Assembly (NCBI GenBank): GCA_963805085.1
Contig: CAWDTA010000002.1
Location: 416,001 to 480,000 of the forward strand
Length of the DNA stretch: 64,000 nt
Source of the DNA: an uncultured Veillonellaceae bacterium
Lineage (GTDB): Bacteria; Bacillota; Negativicutes; JARBTT01
Direction of reading: 5' to 3'
Below, piece after piece: positions 8,525-19,455 of the stretch. Position 1 is the first letter of the stretch. The number at the start of each line of letters is the position of its first letter. The notes beneath the pieces are model-generated. The model was not told where the DNA came from, made no database searches, and was given only the letters and a program-made list of their open reading frames with translations. A program made the translations under genes and the position numbers.

Positions 8525-9154
8525 GCCTTGTTTTTTGAGATGTGATTTTTCATGCTTACAAATTGGACAAACGAAATCCTCTGGTTCAGCCGTGAGATCA
8601 CCCTCATAAACGTAACCGCAAACATCACAAACATAGCGATCTTTCGCCACTTCTTCCCGGTATGTTGGCGCATTTTTAGGGGCTTTGCCTTTGATTACAT
8701 CATGATAATATTGATACGTCATCGGCGGAAAATCAATCCCCTTCATCGCATTACTTACCTGTGCTAAAATAACAAAATGCGTTTCCGTTTCTTGCATACT
8801 AAGCACATCCGCAGCAATATAGCCACAAACATTTTCCTTCACGATTGGCATCGCATCAAAATACATAAAGTCAAAACCTTCGAATTTATCCGTATCTCGT
8901 CCTGAACTAAAGCCCAATTTCGCAATGACATTTTGATTTGTTTTCTCTGATAAAATCGACACACTGAATTTTCCGGTAGCTTTGATTGCTTCATAAGTAA
9001 AATTATCTTTATTCATACTAAGTGCAATAATCGGTTGACCAACACTTGTGATTTGCACAACTGTATTGACAATGCAACCTGTTGGACGCTCATCGTCCAA
9101 TGTCCCAATTGCATACATACCATAAGAAAGTTTCCATAAAACTGATTTATCCAC
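8522..9154 (-). CDS. Flavin reductase-rubredoxin fusion (high-molecular-weight rubredoxin type)
   Basis: LSYGMYAI, GCIVNTVVQIT, GFSSGRDTDKF, PMTYQYYH..IKGKAPKNAPTY; C-terminal CDVCGYVY...CPIC. Confidence 0.85.
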   Translation of the reverse strand: MDKSVLWKLSYGMYAIGTLDDERPTGCIVNTVVQITSVGQPIIALSMNKDNFTYEAIKATGKFSVSILSEKTNQNVIAKLGFSSGRDTDKFEGFDFMYFDAMPIVKENVCGYIAADVLSMQETETHFVILAQVSNAMKGIDFPPMTYQYYHDVIKGKAPKNAPTYREEVAKDRYVCDVCGYVYEGDLTAEPEDFVCPICKHEKSHLKKQG

Positions 9155-9323
9155 TGCAAAGCCTCCTAAAAACCGCAATTTATTCCTATAATGATTGTTA
9201 ATTAAGTATTATTATATCACTATGCCATAATAACACAATTCATTTTAATTTAAAGGATTTCTAGTATCTCCCGCGAATCTCATTTTAAATCTACCAAAAT
9301 CTAACTACTATATAGGAGATCGT

Positions 9324-10256
9324 ATGAATAATTTTTTTCATGTTATACAAACCAAACTTTCCCCAATCATGTTAGCGAACATCGCCATGATGATTACTGT
9401 GATCGCTTGGGGGACTTCCTTTATTAGTACCAAAATTGTATTAGCAGAGATCCCGCCAATCACTTTAGCATTTATTCGTTTTTTTATTACTTCACTTATT
9501 TTATATACGATTATCAAAAAAACAGAACCCCATACAATCGTCGCGAAAGCAGATAAATTTAAATTAGCACTTGCAGGCTTTATCGGTATCTCTGTATATT
9601 TCTACTTTGAAAATACCGGAATAAAATTAACGACAGCTTCGAATGCTTCCCTGATCACTTCATTTGTGCCAATTTTATCGATTACCTTAAACATGCTGTT
9701 TTTCAAAGCACGATTAAATGGTTTAGAGGTCATCGGCGTTTTGATTGGTATCGTTGGTGCTTATCTCACCATTACTGCCAACGGCAACATTGACTTTAGC
9801 ACCGATAATTTTAAGGGAAACATCTACATGATCGGCGCAATGATCGCCTGGGCAGTCTACACCATTCTTAGCAAACAAATGCAACGGAACTATTCGGGCC
9901 TATTCATCATCACCTATCAAACGATCTTTGCCACGCTCACCTTACTCCCTTTTTCTTTTTTAGAGTATGACCAATGGCAAATCTTTTCATTCTCGACCTT
10001 CCTCCAAATCCTATACTTAGCAACTATTTGTTCTGGACTTGGCTATTTTCTTTACGGCTATGCTTTAAAAACCATCGATGTCGTTGTTACCACACTATAT
10101 CTTAACTGCGTTCCCGTGGTCGGCGTATTCAGTGGCTACTTCATCCTAAATGAACAAATCTTACCCATCCAAATCATCGGCGGCATCATCATTATCTTTG
10201 GAATTTTTGTAACGAATTTAGATAAGACGTTGATGTTTTTGAAGAAGAAGGGATAA
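9324..10256 (+). CDS. DMT/EamA family transporter
   Basis: WGTSFISTK, two EamA repeats, about 10 TM segments. Confidence 0.88.
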   Translation: MNNFFHVIQTKLSPIMLANIAMMITVIAWGTSFISTKIVLAEIPPITLAFIRFFITSLILYTIIKKTEPHTIVAKADKFKLALAGFIGISVYFYFENTGIKLTTASNASLITSFVPILSITLNMLFFKARLNGLEVIGVLIGIVGAYLTITANGNIDFSTDNFKGNIYMIGAMIAWAVYTILSKQMQRNYSGLFIITYQTIFATLTLLPFSFLEYDQWQIFSFSTFLQILYLATICSGLGYFLYGYALKTIDVVVTTLYLNCVPVVGVFSGYFILNEQILPIQIIGGIIIIFGIFVTNLDKTLMFLKKKG

Positions 10257-10265
10257 AGAAATACA

Positions 10266-10316
10266 TAAAAAACAAAGGGGTTGCAGCGCTAATAGCTGCA
10301 ACCCCTTTGTTTTTTA
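10266..10316. terminator. Bidirectional terminator between eamA and hsdR
   Basis: 22-bp arms TAAAAAACAAAGGGGTTGCAGC / GCTGCAACCCCTTTGTTTTTTA. Confidence 0.85.
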
Positions 10317-10321
10317 GTACT

Positions 10322-13300
10322 TTACCCTATAACCCGTTCAGCATTTTCCTTTATTTTCGATACAAGGTCTATGATACGCTGCTGTTTTGTCTTATCAAAT
10401 AGCTTGATAAAACTCCTAGGTTTATCAAATGGTGGTTTCATCAATTCTGAAATATTCTCTACATAACCATTCTGAACAACATAATCTACGATTTTTTTCA
10501 CAAAAACAATCTGTTCCTGACTTAGAGATTGATCATTGATAAACTCAGAAAATATTTCTATTGCCGCTTGATAGTCAAGTTTGGCAATTTTTCTTACCAA
10601 TAAACCTAACGGTGCATCGCCAAAAGCCTGCTTATAATCCTTGACTGTACCAAGCTCCCCCTGTAAAATCTTCTCTAAACTTTGATAATCGCTCATGGTA
10701 AGCTGTTTGTTGTGGCGAAGCTTATAAATCGCTATATGATGCTCATTTTTTTCGATATAACGATTCACTTTTATTTTATAATCGGCAAAGTCCTCACCAT
10801 AACCCAAAGGATTGCCTTCGGTAACTTTCATCACCGTATCCAATAAATTTGTATAAACAAGCATCTTCTTGTCATCCTCAAGAGCAAATCTACTTATCGC
10901 CCGCAACTCAGCTCTAACCTTTTCAAAGCTCAAAACATCGGTATTCTGCCAAAAACTATCGGTTTGTATCGTATGAATGAGCGTAATTTTTTCTTTTACT
11001 TGCGGAATTGTCATCTTTTTTTCAGATAGGATCCTGCTCATATGCAGCAATTGATTTTTATACCGTTTCACCTGTGGAGACTTCTCTATATGTGCAAGCA
11101 TCAAACTATACATAAGCTGATCAAAATTTTTTGCATACTCATCTTCATCTGCCAGATAAACCAGTGGGGCAATATGCTTAATCAAATTATGCTTATCAGA
11201 ATCAGCTAAACATAGAAACGAATTTTCATTTTTATACTTTTCCACATGTCCCAATTGCAATTTTACCGCGATAAGTTCAGCATTCAGTTCCTGAATCTGT
11301 GCCATAACACCAGCAATCAACTGTTCTCGCCATACTTGGTGCTCATCATTTACAAATGCATCACTTTGTAAATGATGTATCAATCTTATCTGCTTAGAAA
11401 AAATGGCTTCCGTTAAACTTTCCGTCTCACCAGCTTCGATTCCCTGTGGATTTTGACGGAAAAATTCAAAATTACCAAGATAATCAAAGATATAAAAACA
11501 CTGCTTGTCCTGTCCTTCGCCAAATAAATTCTCGCAAAGCCTCGTCCCACGACCGATCATCTGCCAAAACTTTGTTTTTGAACGTATCCGTTTAAAAAAG
11601 ACCAAATTGACGATTTCTCGTACATCAATTCCCGTATCGAGCATATCCACCGAAATAGCAATTTGAGGATATTTATCGGCAATTTTAAAAGTATGAATCA
11701 AATCTTGCGCGTAACTAATCTGAGTATCAATAATTTTTGCAAAACTCCCCTTATATTGCGGATACAATTTGTCAAAACGTTCTTCTATGTACTGGGCATG
11801 TTTATGGTTTGCCGCAAAGATAATCGTTTTCCCTAGTTTATCGCCACCTGCTACCTTTTGCCCTTTGTTCATCAAATCTTGCAAAACTTTGTCTACCGTA
11901 TCCTGATTAAAAATAAATTTATTTATTTTCGGAGAAGGCACAAAGTCTGGCATATCACCATCCTCATCGGTGAAATCTTCCTCAAAACGTTCTTGATCTT
12001 CTAGCGAAAGCTGGTCATAGGTAATGCCTTCTTCTAGAAATTTCGTTTGCACTTCTATATTATGATATGGCACTAGCACTTTATCTACATCAACTGCCAT
12101 TTTATAATCATACGCATACGTTGGCACACCGTTTTCTATCTCAAAAAAATCATAGGTATTGCGATCCACTTCACTTTTCGGCGTCGCTGTAAGTCCCACT
12201 AAATAGGCATCAAAATATTCAAAAATCGCACGGTACTTTTTAAAAATGCTACGATGTGCTTCATCCACGATAATCAAATCAAAATGTGCTGGCGTGAACA
12301 GTCGTTTTCCATCCTCGCTTTTTGCTGTATCAATGGCATTAAGCATCGTTGGATACGTAGAAAAGACAATACGCGCATTTTTATCCGCCTTGTTTTTTAA
12401 TAAATTACACAAAGACATATCTGGCAAATACGTTTTATAATCATCCTTCGCTTGATGAACAAGCGCAGTTCTATCAGCTAAAAATAAAATATTGGTAACA
12501 TACCCGCCACGCGATAACACATCGGTCAAACTTGATGACGTTCTTGTTTTCCCTGTACCAGTCGCCATAACGAGCAGTGACTTTCGATAGCCTTGATCAA
12601 TATTATCACAAACCGCTCGAATCGCCTCTTTTTGATAATAACGATCGGTAATACGATCTTGAATTTTGATTTCCATTAACGCTTTCCGTTGCGTACGACG
12701 CGTTATGATTTTTTCAAGATCGGACTTAGAAAACACACTGCTTACTTTACGCCTAGGGGAAACCGTATCATCCCATATATGTGTTTCAAAACCATTGGTC
12801 ATAAATAAGATTGGACGCCTGCCAGTCTTTTTCTCTAAACAATCCGCATATAACTTTGCTTGATGCATACCGTTCTTTGGATTTTTAGAAGTCCGTTTTG
12901 CTTCAATGATAGCAAGGGGGAACCCATCTTTGCCATAAAGAACATAATCCGCCTTGCCTATCCCTGCTTCATTCGGCATACCTTCAAGCGGCACTTCCTC
13001 TTTGACATCCTCGCCAAACACCCAGCCCATGAGCTTTAAATCCACATCAATATAGCGTTTGCGCGTTTGAAACTCCGAGATATCCTCTGGCGTAAATTCC
13101 CGTACTTTCTTATGCTCTTCCTTCTGCGCCGTATAGGACTGACTCATCTCAGCAATCTTGGCAAGCAGTTTTTCGATTTCTGAGTCCTTCTGTTTTATCA
13201 CACTGTCGTCAACCGCAGTCTTCTCCTGCGGTATTAAAGTTTCATCAAAATGACGTTCCTCATATTTCGCCCCATAGCAATAATCTACCCATTGGATAAA

Positions 13301-13660
13301 CTCGAAGAGTCCTCGTAAAGACAGTACCACATCACTGCGATTGACCGCTTTTTCCGTATGTACTGCCAAATTTCCCAACTTGATAATAAAGGGAAGCTTA
13401 CTCCAAGTCTGATTATCCAACGCAAACCGAAATGTTGGCTCATGAATCAACGCCTGCAAATTATTTTTATAAGGCATAGTGATCGTATCATCGGCAGAAT
13501 ACACCCACTTCACCGCAAGCTCCAAAGCCTTCCTCGCCCCCACCGCCGCCATAGTCGGTGAAGTACTAAGTACCCGCTCCGCATCCATTGCAGCTGAAGC
13601 AAACAACTGATATTCACCTTGTCCTCGTAAAAAATCAAAATTTGCACACATTTCATTCAC
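10322..13660 (-). CDS. hsdR: Type I restriction endonuclease subunit R
   Basis: Nuclease ADYVL...IIEAK; helicase MATGTGKT, DEAH, TATP, MLDTGID, QMIGRGTR; EcoEI-R-like C-terminus. Confidence 0.93.
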   Translation of the reverse strand: MNEMCANFDFLRGQGEYQLFASAAMDAERVLSTSPTMAAVGARKALELAVKWVYSADDTITMPYKNNLQALIHEPTFRFALDNQTWSKLPFIIKLGNLAVHTEKAVNRSDVVLSLRGLFEFIQWVDYCYGAKYEERHFDETLIPQEKTAVDDSVIKQKDSEIEKLLAKIAEMSQSYTAQKEEHKKVREFTPEDISEFQTRKRYIDVDLKLMGWVFGEDVKEEVPLEGMPNEAGIGKADYVLYGKDGFPLAIIEAKRTSKNPKNGMHQAKLYADCLEKKTGRRPILFMTNGFETHIWDDTVSPRRKVSSVFSKSDLEKIITRRTQRKALMEIKIQDRITDRYYQKEAIRAVCDNIDQGYRKSLLVMATGTGKTRTSSSLTDVLSRGGYVTNILFLADRTALVHQAKDDYKTYLPDMSLCNLLKNKADKNARIVFSTYPTMLNAIDTAKSEDGKRLFTPAHFDLIIVDEAHRSIFKKYRAIFEYFDAYLVGLTATPKSEVDRNTYDFFEIENGVPTYAYDYKMAVDVDKVLVPYHNIEVQTKFLEEGITYDQLSLEDQERFEEDFTDEDGDMPDFVPSPKINKFIFNQDTVDKVLQDLMNKGQKVAGGDKLGKTIIFAANHKHAQYIEERFDKLYPQYKGSFAKIIDTQISYAQDLIHTFKIADKYPQIAISVDMLDTGIDVREIVNLVFFKRIRSKTKFWQMIGRGTRLCENLFGEGQDKQCFYIFDYLGNFEFFRQNPQGIEAGETESLTEAIFSKQIRLIHHLQSDAFVNDEHQVWREQLIAGVMAQIQELNAELIAVKLQLGHVEKYKNENSFLCLADSDKHNLIKHIAPLVYLADEDEYAKNFDQLMYSLMLAHIEKSPQVKRYKNQLLHMSRILSEKKMTIPQVKEKITLIHTIQTDSFWQNTDVLSFEKVRAELRAISRFALEDDKKMLVYTNLLDTVMKVTEGNPLGYGEDFADYKIKVNRYIEKNEHHIAIYKLRHNKQLTMSDYQSLEKILQGELGTVKDYKQAFGDAPLGLLVRKIAKLDYQAAIEIFSEFINDQSLSQEQIVFVKKIVDYVVQNGYVENISELMKPPFDKPRSFIKLFDKTKQQRIIDLVSKIKENAERVIG

Positions 13661-13731
13661 CCCAATTTTAGTTTCTACTGCTATGAAATCTGCATATCGT
13701 TTTAAAATCTTGGTACATTTCAGGTTGTTAC

Positions 13732-14931
13732 CTACTCAAAATACTCACTCATTAAGCTATCAAATAAATATTGACTTTCGTCCATCGCTTTTTGCACAAG
13801 GGCTTTTTGCTCCTCAATTTTGGTAACGATTTCTGCGAATTGGTTTTGAAGAGAGAGTGGTGGAGTTATAAAATCAATTTCTTTTATAATAGGCATTGGT
13901 GGCAAATTAGGAATACCGCTTCCTCTATTTGAAGTTATATATCTATTTTTAAAAGTTGGATCTCTAAACACATATACAAAAAATATTTGATTCATTTCAT
14001 TATTATCCAAAGTTACTTTTAGTAAAGCCTGATTAATTATCCCTGGCAATGCCTCTCTCGGTACAATGGACAATTTTCCTAAATAAACACCAGAACAGCT
14101 AATAAGTATATCGCCTGCTTTCACTTCAAAATCCTTAAGTCCATTAAAAGTCTCCTGATCAATAAAATATCTTTTAAATGAGTAATCGTTATTTAATGCA
14201 TGATTCTGTTCATAAATGAGATAACCTTCATTAACAAATATTTCTTTTTTTAAAGCACCACCAAATGGACCTCTTTTCAAAGAGTTTTTTGATTTTGCAA
14301 CTAATTGAGGTAGTTTTTTTAGCACCCACCCTTTTTCATTGGTCACAGGATTACCAAACATATCGTAAAAAGTCGCTTTAATCAGATTATCCAGTTCCGC
14401 CAGTTGTCTTTTCCGAAGTGCTATCAATTCCGCTGCAACATCAAGAGTTTGGGCAATTTGTTTTTGCACATCAAGTGGGGGAAGCGAAAACATAACTTGT
14501 TTTACAATCTTAGAGTTAAGATTATTTACGACACCACCAACAGCAAGAGATTTAAATTTTGCATATGTAGACTTACTACTTAATGCATAATATAGATATT
14601 CTTTTTCAAAATGGTTCATCTTATCACGAAGAACAAGCCATCCATCATGAATACAACCATCAATCTTCAATATATATGGTCGTCCAAAACTCATTGAATT
14701 TGATAACAAAAAATCACCAGCTTGAACATACCGAGATTTTTTCATACCTTCTCGAATAATTTTTTCTTTAGTTTTAGTAATATACATTGAATCCGCCGAA
14801 GCATCCCCTATTTTTATCCAGTTAATACCATTGTTATCATCTGTAATAAATTTATCTATCGGTCTTGGAGAACCACCACGTTCTATCTCGCAAACATCAC
14901 CCAATTTCACCATTTCCCACTTACTCACCAA
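13732..14931 (-). CDS. hsdS: Type I RM specificity subunit S (two TRDs)
   Basis: WEMVKLGDV, LPPLDVQKQIA, FYDMFGNP...KGW, PPLSLQNQFAEIV conserved segments flanking two variable TRDs. Confidence 0.92.
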   Translation of the reverse strand: MVSKWEMVKLGDVCEIERGGSPRPIDKFITDDNNGINWIKIGDASADSMYITKTKEKIIREGMKKSRYVQAGDFLLSNSMSFGRPYILKIDGCIHDGWLVLRDKMNHFEKEYLYYALSSKSTYAKFKSLAVGGVVNNLNSKIVKQVMFSLPPLDVQKQIAQTLDVAAELIALRKRQLAELDNLIKATFYDMFGNPVTNEKGWVLKKLPQLVAKSKNSLKRGPFGGALKKEIFVNEGYLIYEQNHALNNDYSFKRYFIDQETFNGLKDFEVKAGDILISCSGVYLGKLSIVPREALPGIINQALLKVTLDNNEMNQIFFVYVFRDPTFKNRYITSNRGSGIPNLPPMPIIKEIDFITPPLSLQNQFAEIVTKIEEQKALVQKAMDESQYLFDSLMSEYFE

Positions 14932-16393
14932 TAAGCCCCCTTAGTTCCTCCATTTTAGAACTGATATCAAGGCTTAGTTCATCTAGGCGAGTCATGATCA
15001 CTGCAGGTGCATCGTATTCGATTTTTTCATATTCTATTTCCTTATAGCGATTGATCGAAAGGTCATAGTCATTTTTCACAATCTCGGCTTTATCTACCAA
15101 AAAGCTTTGCTCGATTTTTTTACGATCAGTTTCTGCAGCAAGCTTGTGGAACCTAGCGATAATATCGGGAATATCGCCTGCATTGCCTAAGTCAGTCCGC
15201 TTGTCATCCAGCGAAAAGCCGTCGGATTTCATATCGTAAAACCAAACTTTATCCGTACCGCCCACCCCTGTTTTCGTAAACACCAATATCGCAGTAGAAA
15301 CACCAGCATACGGCTTAAACACACCCGATGGCATCGAAATTACTGCCCGAAGTTGATGGTTTTCAACTATCTCCTTACGCAATGCTTTATGCGCCTTGGT
15401 TGCGCCAAACATAACACCGTCCGGCACGATACAAGCGCAACGACCACCAGTTTTAAGCATACGCAAAAACAGTGCCACAAATAAAAGTTCCGTTTTTTTC
15501 GTGTCGCATACCGCTTTTAAATTATCATTTATACTTTCAGTATCGACAGTGCCAGTAAACGGTGGATTGGCAAGAATAACATCAAATTCCGAAGCAATAG
15601 CATTGCTTTTTGAAACACTATCCACATAGTCAATATGAGGATTCGTAATCGAATGCATCATTAAGTTCATGGCAGAAATACGCAGCATAGTTCTGTCGGT
15701 GTCGTAACCCGTGATTAACTCACCAGCAAAATGCTCCCATTGCTCCGGCGTCATTTCGGCTTCATAGCGTTCTCTGATATATTCAGCAGAAGACACGAGA
15801 AAACCCGCTGTGCCACAAGCTGGATCAAGGATTTTATCATCAGGTGAGATATCTACCAATCGTACCATCATGTCGCGAATATGCTTTGGCGTTCTAAATT
15901 GTCCGTTTTGTCCCGCGGTAGCAAGTTTGCCTAGCATATACTCATATAGATCACCCTGCATATCGCGATCTTTGATGTCATGCTCATATAGTTCATCTAA
16001 ACCAGTAACGATTTTCTGCAATACCTGTGCGGTTGGAATTAAAAACATCGCATCTTGCATATAGCGCGAAAATGCCGAACTGTTCTCGCCATTCATTGCT
16101 TTGATAAACGGGAAAACCTTTGTCCCGACGAGCTCATAAATATCTCTAGCATCTTTATTTTTAAACTTACTCCAACGTAAAGCTTGTCCCTCTACACCCT
16201 CTGGGAAAATCTTTGGCATAGCTTCTCCACTAAGCGCTTGAAAATTTTCTGTTTCCAATTCCTTTTCATCCAGTGAACGAATAAACATCAAATAGGTCAG
16301 CTGTTCAATCACCGTCAAAGGATTGGTAATTCCCCCCGCCCACATATCCGTCCATATTTTATCTACTTTATTGCGTACTTCTCCTGTTAACAT
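14921..16393 (-). CDS. hsdM: Type I RM methyltransferase subunit M
   Basis: GQFRTP, DPACGTAGFL, NPPF amino-methyltransferase motif. Confidence 0.94.
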   Translation of the reverse strand: MLTGEVRNKVDKIWTDMWAGGITNPLTVIEQLTYLMFIRSLDEKELETENFQALSGEAMPKIFPEGVEGQALRWSKFKNKDARDIYELVGTKVFPFIKAMNGENSSAFSRYMQDAMFLIPTAQVLQKIVTGLDELYEHDIKDRDMQGDLYEYMLGKLATAGQNGQFRTPKHIRDMMVRLVDISPDDKILDPACGTAGFLVSSAEYIRERYEAEMTPEQWEHFAGELITGYDTDRTMLRISAMNLMMHSITNPHIDYVDSVSKSNAIASEFDVILANPPFTGTVDTESINDNLKAVCDTKKTELLFVALFLRMLKTGGRCACIVPDGVMFGATKAHKALRKEIVENHQLRAVISMPSGVFKPYAGVSTAILVFTKTGVGGTDKVWFYDMKSDGFSLDDKRTDLGNAGDIPDIIARFHKLAAETDRKKIEQSFLVDKAEIVKNDYDLSINRYKEIEYEKIEYDAPAVIMTRLDELSLDISSKMEELRGLIGE

Positions 16394-16426
16394 AAATCAA
16401 AACCCTTTCACGCCTTACCAATTTAT

Positions 16427-16446
16427 CGATATTTTTAAAAATATCG
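16427..16446. promoter_or_regulatory. Perfect 20-bp palindrome upstream of hsdM (putative operator)
   Basis: CGATATTTTTAAAAATATCG. Confidence 0.4.
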
Positions 16447-16713
16447 CTTAGTATCCTGCTAATACAAGCCATTTATTAAGCAATTATCGTATATTTTTGT
16501 ACCATAAACTTATACTTCTCCATCATTTCAACGATTCCCTTGTAAAAATTTGTTTTCTGCTGAAAATAAGCAATATTGGTCGAAAATTATTTTGCACCTC
16601 AAAAAATAAAACACTCCAATCAATCTGGCATAACAAAACCATTTTGATAGGAGTGTTTTATTTCACTTAGAAGTTGCACCTATAAAAATTTTCTCACGCT
16701 TACTTCTCACCCT

Positions 16714-17706
16714 TTATTTCTTTAAACTTTTATTTATTGTTTCCAATTGTTGTACATAGTGTTTTTCTATTTCAGATAATTCATCTACTGATTTTTGTTT
16801 GTATTTTTCATATTCAATTTTTGCCTTTTCAAGAGCCTGTCCAGCAGATACCTTGCCTTTATGCGACAATATCTCATGTTTAGAAAGCTTGAGAAAATCA
16901 TCCAGCAACGCAATCCAATCCTTCATATACATAGGTATCCTACGTCGTGCCTGCATATCTGCAAAATCAAGGTAAGCTGAGACCACCAAATTGAGCATCT
17001 CAATTTCTTCTTTTGACAAATAGTTTTTAGCAACAGTAGCATCTGCTTTACGCACTCGCCCTTCTGACAATACTGTCATCCCCATAAAAGGTTTACTACT
17101 ATCTGCTCGAAGCATGATAATTTCGGCAGCCGTATGTCCGTGTACCGCCCAATGCATTTTATTTTGGATAGTCTGAAAAAAATGTTTGGTGTCTTCCATA
17201 TCGGGATTGTAATCTATACTGGTGGCATAAATGTCCAGCACCTTGCGCCAAAATACTTTTTCTGAGGAACGTATATCCCTGATACGATCTAACAACTCAT
17301 CAAAATAGCTAGCACCGCCGGCTTTTTTCAATATATCATCATTGATGGTAAAACCTTTGATGATATATTCATTAAGACGCTTGGTTGCCCATATCCGAAA
17401 CTGCGTACCACGCAAGGACTTTACTCGATAGCCGACAGATATGATAACATCAAGATTATAATAGTCTACATTATACTTTTTGCCATCTGTAGCAGTTGTT
17501 CGGATTTTCCGAACAACTGCTTGCTTATCTAATTCACCTTCTTCAAAGACATGCTTGATATGCTCACTAATGTTGGATTTGCTACTATTAAACAGCTCCA
17601 CCATTTGATTAAGAGACAGCCATACCGTTTCGTTTTCCATACGAACATCAATTTTCGTCTGCCCATCTTCCGTCTGATACATAATCATTTCCGTTCTATT
17701 GTCCAT
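16714..17706 (-). CDS. rhuM: RhuM-family protein
   Basis: ETVWLS..QM.ELF, YNLDVIISVGYRVKS.RGTQFRIWAT, RIRDIRSSEK, QNKMHWAVHGHTAAE, AKNYL. Confidence 0.88.
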   Translation of the reverse strand: MDNRTEMIMYQTEDGQTKIDVRMENETVWLSLNQMVELFNSSKSNISEHIKHVFEEGELDKQAVVRKIRTTATDGKKYNVDYYNLDVIISVGYRVKSLRGTQFRIWATKRLNEYIIKGFTINDDILKKAGGASYFDELLDRIRDIRSSEKVFWRKVLDIYATSIDYNPDMEDTKHFFQTIQNKMHWAVHGHTAAEIIMLRADSSKPFMGMTVLSEGRVRKADATVAKNYLSKEEIEMLNLVVSAYLDFADMQARRRIPMYMKDWIALLDDFLKLSKHEILSHKGKVSAGQALEKAKIEYEKYKQKSVDELSEIEKHYVQQLETINKSLKK

Positions 17707-17872
17707 TATTCAAGCCTCCTTTTATAGTCAAACTCTTTTACCATACATTACTTGGTATGTTTGCTAAATAGTAACAACCATTTTTTAATATTTGAATCTA
17801 TGTGATGTCTGTGTCCCACTTTTCGTTAGGTTTATTGTTCGAAACGGACTTATCCTAGACAGGGTCAATTAC

Positions 17873-19351
17873 TTATAATTTTTTATTATTTACTGCATCG
17901 TTAAGTAACGAGCAAAGTATTTCCAGTGCTTTCGGTAAATCTTCATCGGCAAGGTTCGTCCAACAAATTCGCAGGTGATTGGTTTCGGGTTCTCCAGAAT
18001 AGAATATAGAGCCGGGGAAGAAATGTACACCGCGACGGTGGGCTTCTGGAATTAAAAAATCGGTGTGAATCCCTGCAGGCATCGATAACCATACGTAGAG
18101 TCCAGCAGTTTGTTTGGGGCGAATAATCCGAGGATCAAGAAGACGATCTAAGGTTTGAAGAACATGTTTGCGACGACGATCAAGCACAATATTCATTTTA
18201 CTTATGAAGTGAAAAAGTTGAGGATTACGAAAAAATGGGATAAGGGATTTTTGCAGCCAAAGCGGAGAACCTAGATCAGCAATTGATTTGGCTGCAAACA
18301 GTCGATTATAGATACTGCCATCTGCCGCAAGTAAACCAAGTCGCATGCCAGGAAAGAGAAATTTGCTAAAGCCTTTAAGATAAGTAACGCGTCCATCTGT
18401 ATCTAGCATCTTTAATGGCGGAGGCAAAACTAAAGATTTAATGCGATTTATTTCTAATTCACGATGTGGTTCATCTTCTAAAATGAGGGCATTATGCTCT
18501 CTAGCAAAATTTAGTAAATCTTGGCGCCTTGACATGGACATGATCGCTCCAGTGGGATTTTGTCCAGTGGGAACCGTATAAATTGCTTTAAAGCGCGTAT
18601 AGGGTGCTAGGTCTTCTAATATATCAACTCGTATTCCGTTGCTATCAACGGGGATGGGTTGCAGATTAACATGCGATAAACGAAAGGCATCAATGGCTCC
18701 CGAAAAACAAGGTGTCTCTACCGCAATCGTATCACCAGGTCCAAGAAAGGTCCGTGCAAATAGATCAATTCCTTGCTGTGTACCACTTGTTACGATTAGT
18801 TGATGGGGACTCAGATCAATAGACAATTCTTTTAAGTAGTCTACCAACGCGAATAGAAAATCCGTATCACCTTGAAAATTAGCATGCTTTCCCAAGGCAT
18901 CAGAATCACGCTCTAGTGTTTGACGAATTGAAGTTTTAATCAAGTCCATAGGTAATAAGGATGGATGTACGCAAGCGGATGCTAAGTCTAATATATTCGG
19001 AGATAGCCGTACCGTACTTTGACTCCATAAGCTAGCACGCGGGAGATAATCGGGGACTGAAAGTTGCCAATCAAATGAGGTGGAGGAATCCGCTTCATCT
19101 ATAGTATTATTTTTTGCAGCGCGCACAAAGGTTCCTTTACCACGGATGCTTTCTGTTAGATTGCTATGATCAAGCATTTTGTAAACCTGATGTGCAGTCA
19201 CTAAACTAATGCTTAATTCGTTTGCGAGTTCTCGTACTGAAGGTAGTTTGAAATCTATTTCAATCAGCCCCGAGCGGATACGTTGGGCTATTTCTAAATA
19301 AATTTGCTGGCGAATAGAAACCTTACTTTTACGATTAATAGAGATTTTCAT
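17873..19351 (-). CDS. MocR/GabR family regulator (GntR HTH plus PLP aminotransferase domain)
   Basis: LPSVRELA..LSIS..T, GKGTFV, GTQQGID, QNPTG, FSKFLFPGMRLG; GGAGG RBS before ATG 19351. Confidence 0.9.
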   Translation of the reverse strand: MKISINRKSKVSIRQQIYLEIAQRIRSGLIEIDFKLPSVRELANELSISLVTAHQVYKMLDHSNLTESIRGKGTFVRAAKNNTIDEADSSTSFDWQLSVPDYLPRASLWSQSTVRLSPNILDLASACVHPSLLPMDLIKTSIRQTLERDSDALGKHANFQGDTDFLFALVDYLKELSIDLSPHQLIVTSGTQQGIDLFARTFLGPGDTIAVETPCFSGAIDAFRLSHVNLQPIPVDSNGIRVDILEDLAPYTRFKAIYTVPTGQNPTGAIMSMSRRQDLLNFAREHNALILEDEPHRELEINRIKSLVLPPPLKMLDTDGRVTYLKGFSKFLFPGMRLGLLAADGSIYNRLFAAKSIADLGSPLWLQKSLIPFFRNPQLFHFISKMNIVLDRRRKHVLQTLDRLLDPRIIRPKQTAGLYVWLSMPAGIHTDFLIPEAHRRGVHFFPGSIFYSGEPETNHLRICWTNLADEDLPKALEILCSLLNDAVNNKKL

Positions 19352-19361
19352 AAACCCTCCA

Positions 19362-19439
19362 ACTGTTATAGCCATCGTTTGACTGTTATAGTCGACAAGT
19401 GCTTTTATAGTACTAATATACAGCAATGTTATATAACAG
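19362..19439. promoter_or_regulatory. Putative MocR operator (two direct repeats and one inverted)
   Basis: ACTGTTATAG at 19362 and 19382; inverted TATAACAG at 19432, between divergent mocR and eamA. Confidence 0.65.
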
Positions 19440-19455
19440 GAAAGAGGGAAAATTT

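Noticed and set aside
13732-14931. Phase-variable hsdS shufflon
   Set aside because: Single hsdS; no silent copies, recombinase or flanking inverted repeats seen
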